Source: Caecitellus pseudoparvulus (taxonomy: Eukaryota > Protista > Bigyra: Bicosoecida). Taken from it: a DNA stretch of 64,000 nucleotides. Below are positions 53,289-63,516 of this stretch, piece by piece. Below the pieces are notes generated by a model, which was not told the origin of the DNA, did no database searches, and saw only the letters and a program-made list of their open reading frames with translations. How positions within the stretch are numbered: position 1 is the first letter of the stretch; each line of letters begins with the position of its first letter. The position numbers and the translations under genes are program-made. The stretch lies in the NCBI GenBank assembly GCA_965644315.1, contig CBFFRQ010000073.1:1-64000 (forward strand). The letters run 5' to 3'.

Positions 53289-56000
53289 ATGGGGACGTCA
53301 CTGCACTTCGGTCGCCAGCATGGCTGTCTGCGGAAATTGCTTTGGCGACGGAGGCTGTCAACTGCGCAACTCCGCCTCACACTGGGTGCAGCAGTGTTGC
53401 TGTGTGCGGGCATTCTCACATGGCACGTACTTTCCATCAGGTCAGCAACTGGGCATGCCCTGATGTCATTCTCAGGACCCGCCTCTGCCTGCTTAGCGGT
53501 GCCTGACCTGGCCTCTGGACCTGCCCCCGCAATGGACTTCACAGTCTTTGCCGACTCTTGCGAAAGCGTCTCGCCGCTCTTGGAACACATGAGGGCCCTG
53601 AGGCTCGGCCTGACAGATCCGTCTTTCTCCAAATTGCGGCCGAAGATGGTGCTGGATGCACCGCTCCACCTGGTCGTTGCAGCCACTGGCTCGCAGCACG
53701 CGGCCTGCCTCCGCAGCCTGCAGGAGGCGACACACGGCACGCAGCAACCTTTCTCCATCCGCATCGTAGACCCCGCCGTCTACCCAGCCCACCCTACCAG
53801 CTCAGCAGACGAGACGCGCGTGGCGTCCCTCATGCTCGCATCAACACTGCGAGTCAACGGGCACCCTGAAACGCACCAGGAATCGCACCTCCGCCTGGTG
53901 GCCTCGGCAGCCACCTTGTTGGATCGCGGTGCAGAGGCCTTCACTGCGTTGCTGTGGGAGTGCGCGTCTCAGGCCGAGGTCAAGCCGCCCCCAGACCTGC
54001 CCCCCCCACTCCCAGAGTCCTCCGCTGCCCAGCCCCCCAGTGTGCTGGCCATCGGGTCCAGACGGGCGGCCTACCTCGTCCAGGCAGTGCTGGAGCACGA
54101 TTTGAAGCGCAGTCCGTGGGCAACTGAAGCCTGGCACGGCGCGCGAGCGTGGCAGCCCTCAGCACCCCCGAACCAGGCTGCCAGGGCTTGGGCCTGGTTC
54201 ACCACCACTGCCAGGGCCTGGGCGATGGCCATGCGATCGCCCTGCAGCGTCGTGACAGTGCAGAGCGACTCAGGCGATCCGAAGCCAGAGCGGGTGGCCT
54301 GTGGTCGCATGCCGGCTGGGAACGTCTCAACGCGGCAACCGGCAGCCCTGCCGGCGTACAACCCTGTGCTGGGGGGACACAGCCCCCCACACCCCATCGG
54401 AGCCCCATCTCACCCGGCGCCATTTTTCGGCCCCGGTGAGCTGGCGGTCGTGGATGGGCTGGCCAGGGATGCCGTGGCAGGGGCTGCAGCCACGGCGCTT
54501 GCCATACAGCAGCTGCGGGTTGACCGCGAGTCGGCGCAGGCCACTCTGAACGGCACCTGTCTGTACGTGCCCACGTGGCTGGGGCGCTCCTTCTGGTGCA
54601 GTCCGTGGCAGCGCTCTCTTGCGGAGAGTGCGCGGGCTTTGCAGGAGCGGCAGAAGGAGCAGGTGGCAGATCAGTACCGCGTATCACAGATGACAGTGGC
54701 CGCATGCACTGTCCGCAAGTCCACGAAGGGAGACGGCACGCGAACGCTCCCCCCTGCCGTGGCCGCTCTAGCCACTGACGAAGCCTGCCGTGGGGTGGAG
54801 GCGTGTACTGCGGGGGAAGCATGCCTGGCTTGGGATGCTCCCCAGTGCGCCGTGGCGAGCGGGCAGTGGAAGTTCCACGTGTACCCTGCCCGCCACGCAG
54901 CGGGCACTGGCATGTCAGACGTCATGCGCCAGCTGCGCAAGGTGCTGGCTGCGCACCCTCGTGCCACGTCAGACCCGGAACAGGCGTGTCTGTTCTTCGT
55001 TCCCCTGGACACGCTGGATCGGGACCTGCTGTCTCCCCTGTACGGAGGCGGGAACCTTGAAGAGCACTTGTGGACTCTGCCCCAATGGAACGCCAGGGGC
55101 CAGGGCGCTGGCTCCAACCACATCGTGCTCAACTGGTACACAGGCGCCTTCCCTGAGTACGCCCCATGGTCAGACCTGCGCCTGGGCAGGGCGGTGTTCG
55201 CCTCAGCTGCCCACACGCAGAGCACACTGCGAGAGGGCCACGACATCGTCCTGCCGCATGTTAACCTGCACGCGCTCCGCAAGGGCGCCGGGGCCGTGAG
55301 TTGGTGGCGGCAGGAGGCACTGGAGGCAGCGCTGACGGGCTCGTGGCTGTGTTCTGCCGCTGGCGCCGTCGCCGGGTCCTGCGGCGGCATGCTTGCGCCA
55401 GACCAGCGCAGCACTCTAGTGTCTTTCAAAGGCAGCGCATACATTGAAGACCAGGGGGTGGAGCGCCTGCAGCTTTGGGGGCTGAGGCAGCACACTGGCT
55501 GGGAGCACATCCACCTCCAGTGTGACCATGGCCAGCAGCTGGTCGCGCTGCGAGAGCGAGGCTCCCCCATGGCGCAAGCCACCTGTGCAGAAGCCATGGA
55601 CGACTGGGCGGCATCAGACCCGTTCCAGGCCCTGCTGCGCGACTCCACCTTCTCCCTCGTGCCTTCTGGGCGGCGCCAGGCGTCATACCGCCTCACAGAG
55701 GTTATGGCCGCGGGTAGCATCCCGGTCATACTCGGCACCGGGCTGCGCCTGCCCTTTGAAGAGGTGCTGGACTGGGATGCCATGTCTGTGCACAAGCATG
55801 GGTGGAAGGACGTGGGCAAGCTGCCTGGGCTGCTGGCGCAGCTTGCGGCGGATGGGCGCACACTGGCCTCCATGCAGGCAGCGTGCGTGCAGGCCTACCA
55901 AGCCCACCTGGCCTCCATGGAGGCCATCGCAGACACCCTGCTGCTCGTGCTTGACCGGCGCCGTGAGCAGGCTGGTGCCACCGCTGCAGAGAAAGGGTGA
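53289..56000 (+). CDS. Exostosin-family (GT47) type II membrane glycosyltransferase with a long N-terminal luminal region
   Basis: N-terminal TM (LTLGAAVLLCAGILTW); KFHVYP, TSDPEQACLFFVPLDTLDRD, NHIVLN, FKG, STFSLVPSGRR..SYRLTEVMAAGSIPVIL, LPFEEVLDW. Confidence 0.88.
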   Translation: MGTSLHFGRQHGCLRKLLWRRRLSTAQLRLTLGAAVLLCAGILTWHVLSIRSATGHALMSFSGPASACLAVPDLASGPAPAMDFTVFADSCESVSPLLEHMRALRLGLTDPSFSKLRPKMVLDAPLHLVVAATGSQHAACLRSLQEATHGTQQPFSIRIVDPAVYPAHPTSSADETRVASLMLASTLRVNGHPETHQESHLRLVASAATLLDRGAEAFTALLWECASQAEVKPPPDLPPPLPESSAAQPPSVLAIGSRRAAYLVQAVLEHDLKRSPWATEAWHGARAWQPSAPPNQAARAWAWFTTTARAWAMAMRSPCSVVTVQSDSGDPKPERVACGRMPAGNVSTRQPAALPAYNPVLGGHSPPHPIGAPSHPAPFFGPGELAVVDGLARDAVAGAAATALAIQQLRVDRESAQATLNGTCLYVPTWLGRSFWCSPWQRSLAESARALQERQKEQVADQYRVSQMTVAACTVRKSTKGDGTRTLPPAVAALATDEACRGVEACTAGEACLAWDAPQCAVASGQWKFHVYPARHAAGTGMSDVMRQLRKVLAAHPRATSDPEQACLFFVPLDTLDRDLLSPLYGGGNLEEHLWTLPQWNARGQGAGSNHIVLNWYTGAFPEYAPWSDLRLGRAVFASAAHTQSTLREGHDIVLPHVNLHALRKGAGAVSWWRQEALEAALTGSWLCSAAGAVAGSCGGMLAPDQRSTLVSFKGSAYIEDQGVERLQLWGLRQHTGWEHIHLQCDHGQQLVALRERGSPMAQATCAEAMDDWAASDPFQALLRDSTFSLVPSGRRQASYRLTEVMAAGSIPVILGTGLRLPFEEVLDWDAMSVHKHGWKDVGKLPGLLAQLAADGRTLASMQAACVQAYQAHLASMEAIADTLLLVLDRRREQAGATAAEKG

Positions 56001-56220
56001 GCGAGGAGTACCCAGAGCTCGCATACTGGCGTTGCCTTGCAAGGCCCTCCTCGCACAGGGGCAGCCGAGCAGCACAGGCCAGGCGCAGCCAAAACACACT
56101 GCAGGTGCTCAGCCAGTGGCAGGGAGCGTGTCAGTGGGATTTCTGAGGCTTCCGCGTCCTGCAGTGCACGGTACAAGCCCTGTGCAGGGCCCGTTCCAGG
56201 TGGCCAGGCGCAGCAACACC

Positions 56221-59200
56221 ATGGCGGCGGCAAGCTCAGTAGCGCCACTGCCGCTGGATGATGCGACACTCAGCCAACTTGCTGGGATTCTAGAGCAGAC
56301 TCTAAACCCTGATGATGGCGTGCGGGCCAAAGGTGAGCGCCTGCTGGCGCCGCTAGTGTCATGCTGCGCAAGTTCCGCACACCGCTGCCCCTCCACCCAG
56401 CACAAGAGAATTTGCTGCGACAGGTGGCTCCAAGGCCGCAGTATGCAGTGGCTCTCTTGAACATTCTGAAGGTTCCCTCGTTTTCGGCTGGAGTCAAGCA
56501 GCAGGCTGCCATTCAGTTCAAGAACCACATCAAGAAGTACTGGGCTGCTGTGCGTGTGGCGCGGTAACGGCAGCGGCGCGCATGCCTGGCCGCAGCTGGC
56601 ATGCCTTCCCCCGCTCCGCAGGGAGACGAGGCTGACATCTGCATCCCCCAACAAGACCGGGGCCTCGTGAAGCAGCACCTCATCAACCTTATGGCCGAGG
56701 TGCCGAAGCTTGTGCGGCTACAGCTGGGCGAGGCAGTGGGCACTGTGGCCAATGCCGACTTCCCTGACAACTGGCCCAACCTGTGCCAGGAGCTGGTGGC
56801 CCGCCTGGACACCAGCAATATGGACGTCACCAATGGCATGCTCGCAGCCACTGCGGCGGCCTTCAGCCGGTTCGATGGCGCCTTCGACTCTGGTGCGTCT
56901 GCCAGCGTCAGGCAGGAACTCGCCCACGCTGTCCCACGCTCACTCGAGCCGCTTCACCCCCTGCTACAGATGCCGTGCGGTACCCGCTTGTTGCCGCCTT
57001 GGAGGGCTTCCAGCGGCCCCTGACTGAGCTCTTCCACAAGCTGATGCAGGAGGTGGCGTCTGCCCCCGCCGACGCCAAGGCGCTGACACCCCGCTTCCAG
57101 GTACGGCGGCCCATCCTGCGTCGCCCGCCAGACACTTGCACAGCTCGACCACTATGCGGACTCCGCAGGCGCTGGCGACATGCTGCCGCATTTTCTACTG
57201 CCTGAACTACATCGAGCTGCCCGAGTTCTTCCTGGACAACATGCAAACGTGGGTGGCCATGTTCCTGCACTTCCTCTCCTACTCGAATGCCGCGCTGGAG
57301 GACCCCGACGAACTCATGGTGCCGGGGCCCGTGGAAACCCTGCAGACGGAGATCATGGCCTGCATGGCGCTGTACGCGGAGAAGTTTGACGACGACTTCG
57401 AGGAGCACATCCCCAAATTCGTGGACGCCACGGTGCGTGTGCGGCCGCGACACCCCTCCGAGCCAAGCAGCCCCTGCACTCGCCCCCCACGCATCCCCCT
57501 TGCAGTGGAAGCTCTTGCAAGCCGCCAGTGCTGGATCAGTCGCCAGTGTGCCCAAGTATGACGGTACGTGGGTTTGCGCCATGCTTGCTCTGGCGCATTC
57601 GGGGGGTGTGCCTTCCTTGCAGCTTCGGGGCGTCTGACCCGCCGCTGCCCCACCACCCCCCCAACAGCACTTCCTGCCCATACTACCGACGGCATGCTTG
57701 CCATGCAGCCCCCGGAATTACCGCAGTGCACACCCTCCCCCCCTCCTTTCTCAGGCCTCGTCACGCAAGCCATTCGCTTCTTGTCAAGTGTCGTGTCCAA
57801 GAGCAGCCAGGCGCAGCTCTTCGCGAACCCGGCCACTCTGCAGGCCATGTGCCAGAGCGCCGTGCTGCCCAACATGGCGCTGCGGGAGGCAGATGAGATC
57901 GCCTTCGAGGAGAACCCGAAGGAGTACATCATGCGTGACATTGAGGGCTCCAGCTCCGAGACGCGGCGAGCGGCAGCCAGCAAGATGATCAAGGGCCTCC
58001 TGGTGTCATTCTCGCAGGACGTGACGAAGCTGTGCATGGGACTGGTGGACAGCCTCATGCAGGAGTACGCCACCGCCCCAGATGCCAAGTGGAAGGAGAA
58101 GGATGCCGGGCTGGCCCTGCTGTCAGCTCTGGCCGGCCTCACCAGCTTGCGCTCCAAGGGCGTGCAGGAGTTGAACCCACAAGTCGACATCGTCGCAGTG
58201 CTCAAGTCCTACATCATCCCCGAGCTGCACCTGACCGGCTCTGAAGCAGCCAAGATCGAGAGCACGCTGCCCACTGGAGCTGCCATCATCAAGTGCACGT
58301 GCTTGAACTTCATCACGGCATTCAGGCAGCACTGGTCTGCAGCCGTCATGACCGACCTCGCCCCCCTCGTCGCCATGTGGCTCAAGTCCCCCATGGTGGT
58401 CGTGCACTCGTACGCAGCCGTGTGTCTGGAGCGCATGCTGACGGTGAAAGAGGCCGCCCAAGGCTCCAGCACGGGTACCATGCGCGTGCCTGCCCCGACA
58501 GTGAAAGCAATTCTCAACCTGGCGCTGTCAGCGTCTCTGCAGCGCGTCGCTGCAGTCGGGCAGGCAGCTGGCGCTGCCTCTGCTGGCAGTGCAGGTGTGC
58601 TCGGTCGGCAGGATGGCAATGGGGAGAACGAGTGGATGATGCGCCTGGTGCTGCGCATGTTGGTGGCTGCCGACACGGACGCAGCGGGCGTGATTGGCGA
58701 GGTGCTGCAGGTGCTGGTGAAGGTGGCAGAAGCTGTGCTGAGCAACCCAGCGGCACCCAACTTCAACCACCACATGTTCGAGGCAGTGGCTGTGCTCATC
58801 AAGATCGCAGTCAAGGTGCATGCTGCCGACCCTGCGAAGGTTTCAGCCGCTGTGGATGAGTTGGAGGGCGCGCTCATGCCGTTGTTCAACACCATTCTGC
58901 AGAAGGACGTGACGGAGTTCGTGCCCTACGTGTTCCAGCTGCTCGCTTCGCTGCAAGCGCACAAGCCTGCCCCCCAGCCAGGCCAACACACCCTCTCTGC
59001 CGGCATGCAGAGCCTGGCAACGTCCCTGGTGCAGGCCAGCCTGTGGGAGCGCAAGTCCAACATCCCTGCTCTGTGCATGCTCATGACAGCTGTGCTGGCC
59101 AAGGGCGCCGCTTTCATGGTGGCACAGAAGAAGATCATGCCGGTGTTGGGAGTGTTCCAGAAGCTCATGTCCGCGGCGTCCACGGAGGACTACGCGCACC

Positions 59201-59913
59201 ACCTCCTCCGCTGCGTCATCCTGTACGTGCCCATGGAGGTGTCCCAAGCCTCACTGCCGACCGCCCTCTCCGTCATCCTGACGCGCATGCAGACCAAGGG
59301 CTCTGTGAAGACTGCTAAGGCGTTCGTGGTCACGATGTGCCTCATCGCCAACAAGGCCGGCGGCGCCACCGCTGTGCAGCTCGTGGAAGCCATCCAGCCC
59401 GGCCTCTTCACAGACCTCCTGACGTCAGTCGTCCTTCCCCACGCGAACGCCATCATCGCCAAGCACGACCGTCGCACAGTCATTGCTGGGCTGGCGGCGC
59501 TGGCAGGAGATGTCGAGGCGCTGCTGCAGCCCGCCAACTTGCCCCAGTGGCAAGCCGTCGCATCTGTCATCGTGCAGCTGCTGGAGGCACAGGCAGACAC
59601 AGCAGCATCTGCACAGCACGCTGCTGCTGCTCGGGTGGAGGCCGCTCTGGAATCTGCAGATGCCGCGCCAGCAGGCTTCGACACTAAGTTCTCACGGCTG
59701 GCCCACGTGTCCGTCCCAGGCTCCATGCAGCGTGGTGGCGTGGAGTACATCCCCGCCGCAACCGACCTGCGTGCCTGCTGGATCGAGAAGCTGAAGGGGG
59801 TGGTGCAGAAGGTGGGCGTTGCTCAGTGGCCTGCCTTGACATCTCAGATGGAGGCGCCCATTGCCGGCGTGCTCAAGCAGTACCTAGCGAGTGCAGGTGT
59901 GACTGTCAGCTAG
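56221..59913 (+). CDS. CSE1: Exportin-2 / CSE1 (importin-alpha export receptor); multi-exon
   Basis: AAIQFKNHIKKYW, ADFPDNWPNL, IFYCLNYIELPEFF, FEENPKEYIMRDIEGS..ETRR, VVHSYAA, PNFNHHMFE, ILQKDVTEFVPYVFQLL, LGVFQKL. Confidence 0.95.
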
Positions 59914-59925
59914 TGGCAATGCATT

Positions 59926-62900
59926 TTAGGCCAAGTTGGCGCATGTCAGCGTCAGAACATCTCCCGCCACCATCCAAGGGAAGGCGTGGGGTTGCAAGCG
60001 CTGGCACCCGTCTGCCTTGAAGGCAGACCACGTTGCGGCGTAGTACGCAAGTGCCAGCCGCTGCAGCTCAAATGGCAGCTCCAGTCGGCCCCTGCACAAC
60101 GCTACTGCTTCGGCCGACGGCTCTGAAGCTTCCAAAGATACGGCGACTTGCGAACAGTGAGCCGCCCGAACCACCTGACAGGCCACGTGCAGCATCCGCA
60201 CACGCGCTGCCTGCACTGCCTCAGGAATGCTACGGCTGCCCAAACTCTCACAGAATGCGTGCATGTGTTCCACTGCGGCCTCTGCATAGTCTTCCGCGTG
60301 GAGGCTGTCGCAAGCCGCCACGAGCTGCGGATGTGGAGCCATGCGAAGCAGCGTGGCTGGCATCTCCTGAGCAGGAGCGGTCGAGGGCACTGCCTCTGTC
60401 AGCAGGGGCGTGCCTTGGCTCAAAGACTCGACTGCTGGAAAGCCGAGGATCATGCTTTCATTGGGGTCACTGGAGCCGCCTGCTGCCTGGTACACCACGG
60501 GGCCTTGCCCGGAGCACAGCTCCAACACGAAGGATTGCAGGGCAGTCACTGGTGAAGGTGGCAAGGCCGCAGAAGGCACGCGAATCGGAGCAGCTCCCTG
60601 CCTTCCTCCCCCGTCACTGGCACACAGCCACTCAGGGAGGCCCGGGAACAAGCGCACCTCGAAGTCTTCGCCGGCAGAGCCGTGAAATCCAGTGTGACTC
60701 GGCGCGGGCACACCTTCAGTCCCCGGCGGCAGACGCACCAGGAGCCCAGCCTTGGCAGCATCCACAGCTGCTGCCGCAGTGGTCGCCAGCGATGCAGGTT
60801 CTCGCTGGAGGGCAGCCCAGCCAGGCGACAGCGGCGTTCCCGCCACCCGCTGCAAGTGCACGGCACTGCGTAGGGCGAGGTCGAGCCAAGCCGTGTGCCC
60901 GTTAGCTGCCCGCCCCAGAGCGTTGTCTCGCGCACAGGCAAACAGCCAGTCCACAGCCTGCCCGGTGGCTACGCTGCCATCCTCAAGCGGGGTCCCAAGC
61001 ACGTCTTCTAGGCGCTGCCCTGCCCTGGGCTTGAGCCGATCAGCAGCAGCTGCCTCCACAGCAGCAAGGGCATCGAGGGCAGGTGCGGAGGGGGAGATGA
61101 AATACTGCTCAAAGAGTTTGGATGATTGCAATTCATCCGCGAATCGTGCCTGAGCTTCTGCGAGTGCTGTGGCAATGCTGGGCTCCCAGCAAGCCCAAGC
61201 TTCGTCACCATCGAAGTCTCCTCCTGCCAGCAGGCGCGCCACTGAGCCGTGCCGCCACGAGACTGGGAACACCACGACGTCAACGAGGGCATGCCTGTAG
61301 GACAGCACTTCGTCCAAGGACAGGGGGGAAGACGACGGGTCCCCGTGCTGTTTCATCCACTCGGAAACCAAGTCCACGCCCTGCAGCGTCAGGACGTCGT
61401 GCGCAGCGAGGCACGGAGTCCTCGCAAGTGCAATGGTGCCCAGCACACACCCGTCCTGTGAGATGGCAGGGTCTTGTCCTGGTCCGGCACTTGCATCTGA
61501 AATGCGCATGAACACTTGATGCGGCCGGAGCAGCCCTGTCGGGTCCGGCAGCATCAACAGGCGGCGGGATCGGCCAATAGGCGCGCACAGTTTCTCACTG
61601 AGACGCTCCAAGGCCCGCGTTTGAAGCTGCACAAGGATGCGTGTAAGCTCGTGCTCGCCCCACAGTCCCGCCTTCAGCATCAGCCACGCGCGCCGCGACA
61701 GCAGGGGGGCACACCCTCGAGCCCACTCGCCCTTGGAGCTGGCCTCATCCACGGGGAGCCAGGGCCACCGCCCTTGAGTCTGTTGATCTGGATCTGCTTC
61801 TGTGCTGTGATCAATGTGTGCCCCCATGGTTCGCAGGGCAGCCATGGCTGCCTGCAGGGACTGCGTCATGTTCTTGAACTGCAATGTGGCTGCTTCAAAC
61901 GGCTGCTCAAGGCACTCAAGCGGCACCCCCCATGCAAGGAGAAGCATGACAATGCCTTTGTTGAGTGAAGCTGGACCACTGGGACCACTCCATCGCAGCA
62001 CTTCCACCTCGCACTGGCTGATGTGGGCGGGAGACACTGGGGCTTGCGGCCCTGGCGCAACGTACTTGCGCTGCGAATCCCGCCCCAGAACTACGAGGCC
62101 CTCCTGCAGTGCTGCATGCAACTGGACAGAACTTGCCAGGCAGGTCTCGATGCTCGCTGGCTGCGTAGCTTGCTCCTCAGGGTGGAGGGGTGGAGCCTTA
62201 CTTGGTGTTCGGGGGTCAGCAAACCAAATGCCCTTGTAGGGCCCGATGCGAGCCTGGAAAGCAGCCGGCGGCGAGCCGCCCACGGGAAGCTCTGCAACTT
62301 GAACTTGAAGGGTGTGGCTACAGAGGCTTGACAAGGCAGCCAGGCTGGGCAAGGTGGCATGGACGTCAGGCCCGTCGCCGCTTTGCAGCAGGAAGGGCCG
62401 CGGCGGACGCAAGCTTGCTCGCTGGGCCACTGCACTGCGGAACAGGGACCAGACGAGGGCTATGCCCGGCAATGAGATAGGCGCGCTGCCGTCTGTCAGG
62501 GCTTCGCCTGTCTCGGGGAGCACTTCGTCCGGCACGTGTGCGAACCGCAGCAGCGCCAGGTGAATGTCCACGGGCACTTGGCTCCCAGCCGCCGACGCTG
62601 CGACAGGCAGACGCGGCGGGGCCCAAATTGGTGGCACACCCTGCCGCTCACAGGCCGACACACACCCCACTGCATACTTGGTCAACATACCGACCAGCCT
62701 CGCGGCAGCACCTTGCCACGAGGCGGCGTCTGGGTCGCCCGCTGCCCGTTGAAACACAGCAAAGCCACAGGGGATGGTCTTGGACAGCATCAAGTTGACG
62801 CGCGCGATGCGCTTGGCAGGAGAAATCGAAGAGTTTCCTGGCAACTGCTGGGCAAAGTGCCAAGCCAGGGCCTGTGGCACTGACAAACGTGGCAATTCCG

Positions 62901-63516
62901 GGAGAGTCACAGCATCTTGCATGGGGCAGCTGCCGACAGAGTTGTGGGTGCACAGCGCGTACCAAGAGCCCTTTCGGGGTTTGCAGTGAAAGATTCGCCA
63001 GCAAGATGATGCAGTAACCAGGTGGATGTGGGGAATAACGCTGCTTGGGTGAGCAGAGCTGCCTGTCGAGCGCTTTGCGGCTGAGAGCGCTGCAAAAGCT
63101 GGTACCGCCTCCACCTTTTCACCACAAGCAGGACAAGCTTCCGATCCCTGCCCGGCCACGGACACAGCATGCACAATGCTGTCCATGTCCCCTTGTGTGA
63201 TACTTGCCAGCCTACTCCACCCCATGGCACGCTGCAGGCGTGAAAGGCGCTGCAGTCCCTGCAGCACCACAGTCACCTGCACCACAAACCCACCCAGACT
63301 GGGGGAGGCTTGCTGCCCAGTGGCCAGTTGCAGTCTCAGGCCAGGTGCCCATAGAGGGCATGCATGAACGGCCGGCTCTTCGACAGCCCCTTCAGGCTGG
63401 CTGGCGTGGGCCATGTGCCGGATGCTGTAGGCAGGCAAAACGCAGGCGAAACTCCATGCAATGCTCACAGCATCAGGCGATGGCAATGAGACGCCTCCAA
63501 ACCCTCGAAAAGACAC
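59926..63516 (-). CDS. Cellular (RNAi-type) RNA-dependent RNA polymerase with a DFDGD catalytic motif; 5' end unresolved and may extend upstream by splicing
   Basis: FQARIGPYKG, R.SQ.KY, PDPTGLL...VF, ARTPCL...DV, DVVVFP, LAGGDFDGD..W (DFDGD at about 61204-61218), AVDAAKAG and C-terminal FPW. Confidence 0.9.
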   Translation of the reverse strand: MSFRGFGGVSLPSPDAVSIAWSFACVLPAYSIRHMAHASQPEGAVEEPAVHACPLWAPGLRLQLATGQQASPSLGGFVVQVTVVLQGLQRLSRLQRAMGWSRLASITQGDMDSIVHAVSVAGQGSEACPACGEKVEAVPAFAALSAAKRSTGSSAHPSSVIPHIHLVTASSCWRIFHCKPRKGSWYALCTHNSVGSCPMQDAVTLPELPRLSVPQALAWHFAQQLPGNSSISPAKRIARVNLMLSKTIPCGFAVFQRAAGDPDAASWQGAAARLVGMLTKYAVGCVSACERQGVPPIWAPPRLPVAASAAGSQVPVDIHLALLRFAHVPDEVLPETGEALTDGSAPISLPGIALVWSLFRSAVAQRASLRPPRPFLLQSGDGPDVHATLPSLAALSSLCSHTLQVQVAELPVGGSPPAAFQARIGPYKGIWFADPRTPSKAPPLHPEEQATQPASIETCLASSVQLHAALQEGLVVLGRDSQRKYVAPGPQAPVSPAHISQCEVEVLRWSGPSGPASLNKGIVMLLLAWGVPLECLEQPFEAATLQFKNMTQSLQAAMAALRTMGAHIDHSTEADPDQQTQGRWPWLPVDEASSKGEWARGCAPLLSRRAWLMLKAGLWGEHELTRILVQLQTRALERLSEKLCAPIGRSRRLLMLPDPTGLLRPHQVFMRISDASAGPGQDPAISQDGCVLGTIALARTPCLAAHDVLTLQGVDLVSEWMKQHGDPSSSPLSLDEVLSYRHALVDVVVFPVSWRHGSVARLLAGGDFDGDEAWACWEPSIATALAEAQARFADELQSSKLFEQYFISPSAPALDALAAVEAAAADRLKPRAGQRLEDVLGTPLEDGSVATGQAVDWLFACARDNALGRAANGHTAWLDLALRSAVHLQRVAGTPLSPGWAALQREPASLATTAAAAVDAAKAGLLVRLPPGTEGVPAPSHTGFHGSAGEDFEVRLFPGLPEWLCASDGGGRQGAAPIRVPSAALPPSPVTALQSFVLELCSGQGPVVYQAAGGSSDPNESMILGFPAVESLSQGTPLLTEAVPSTAPAQEMPATLLRMAPHPQLVAACDSLHAEDYAEAAVEHMHAFCESLGSRSIPEAVQAARVRMLHVACQVVRAAHCSQVAVSLEASEPSAEAVALCRGRLELPFELQRLALAYYAATWSAFKADGCQRLQPHAFPWMVAGDVLTLTCANLA

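Noticed and set aside
59926-63516. RdRP as an endogenous RNA virus or mobile element
   Set aside because: It has the DxDGD motif of cellular double-psi-barrel RdRPs rather than the viral GDD palm motif. No capsid, integrase or terminal repeats are visible.
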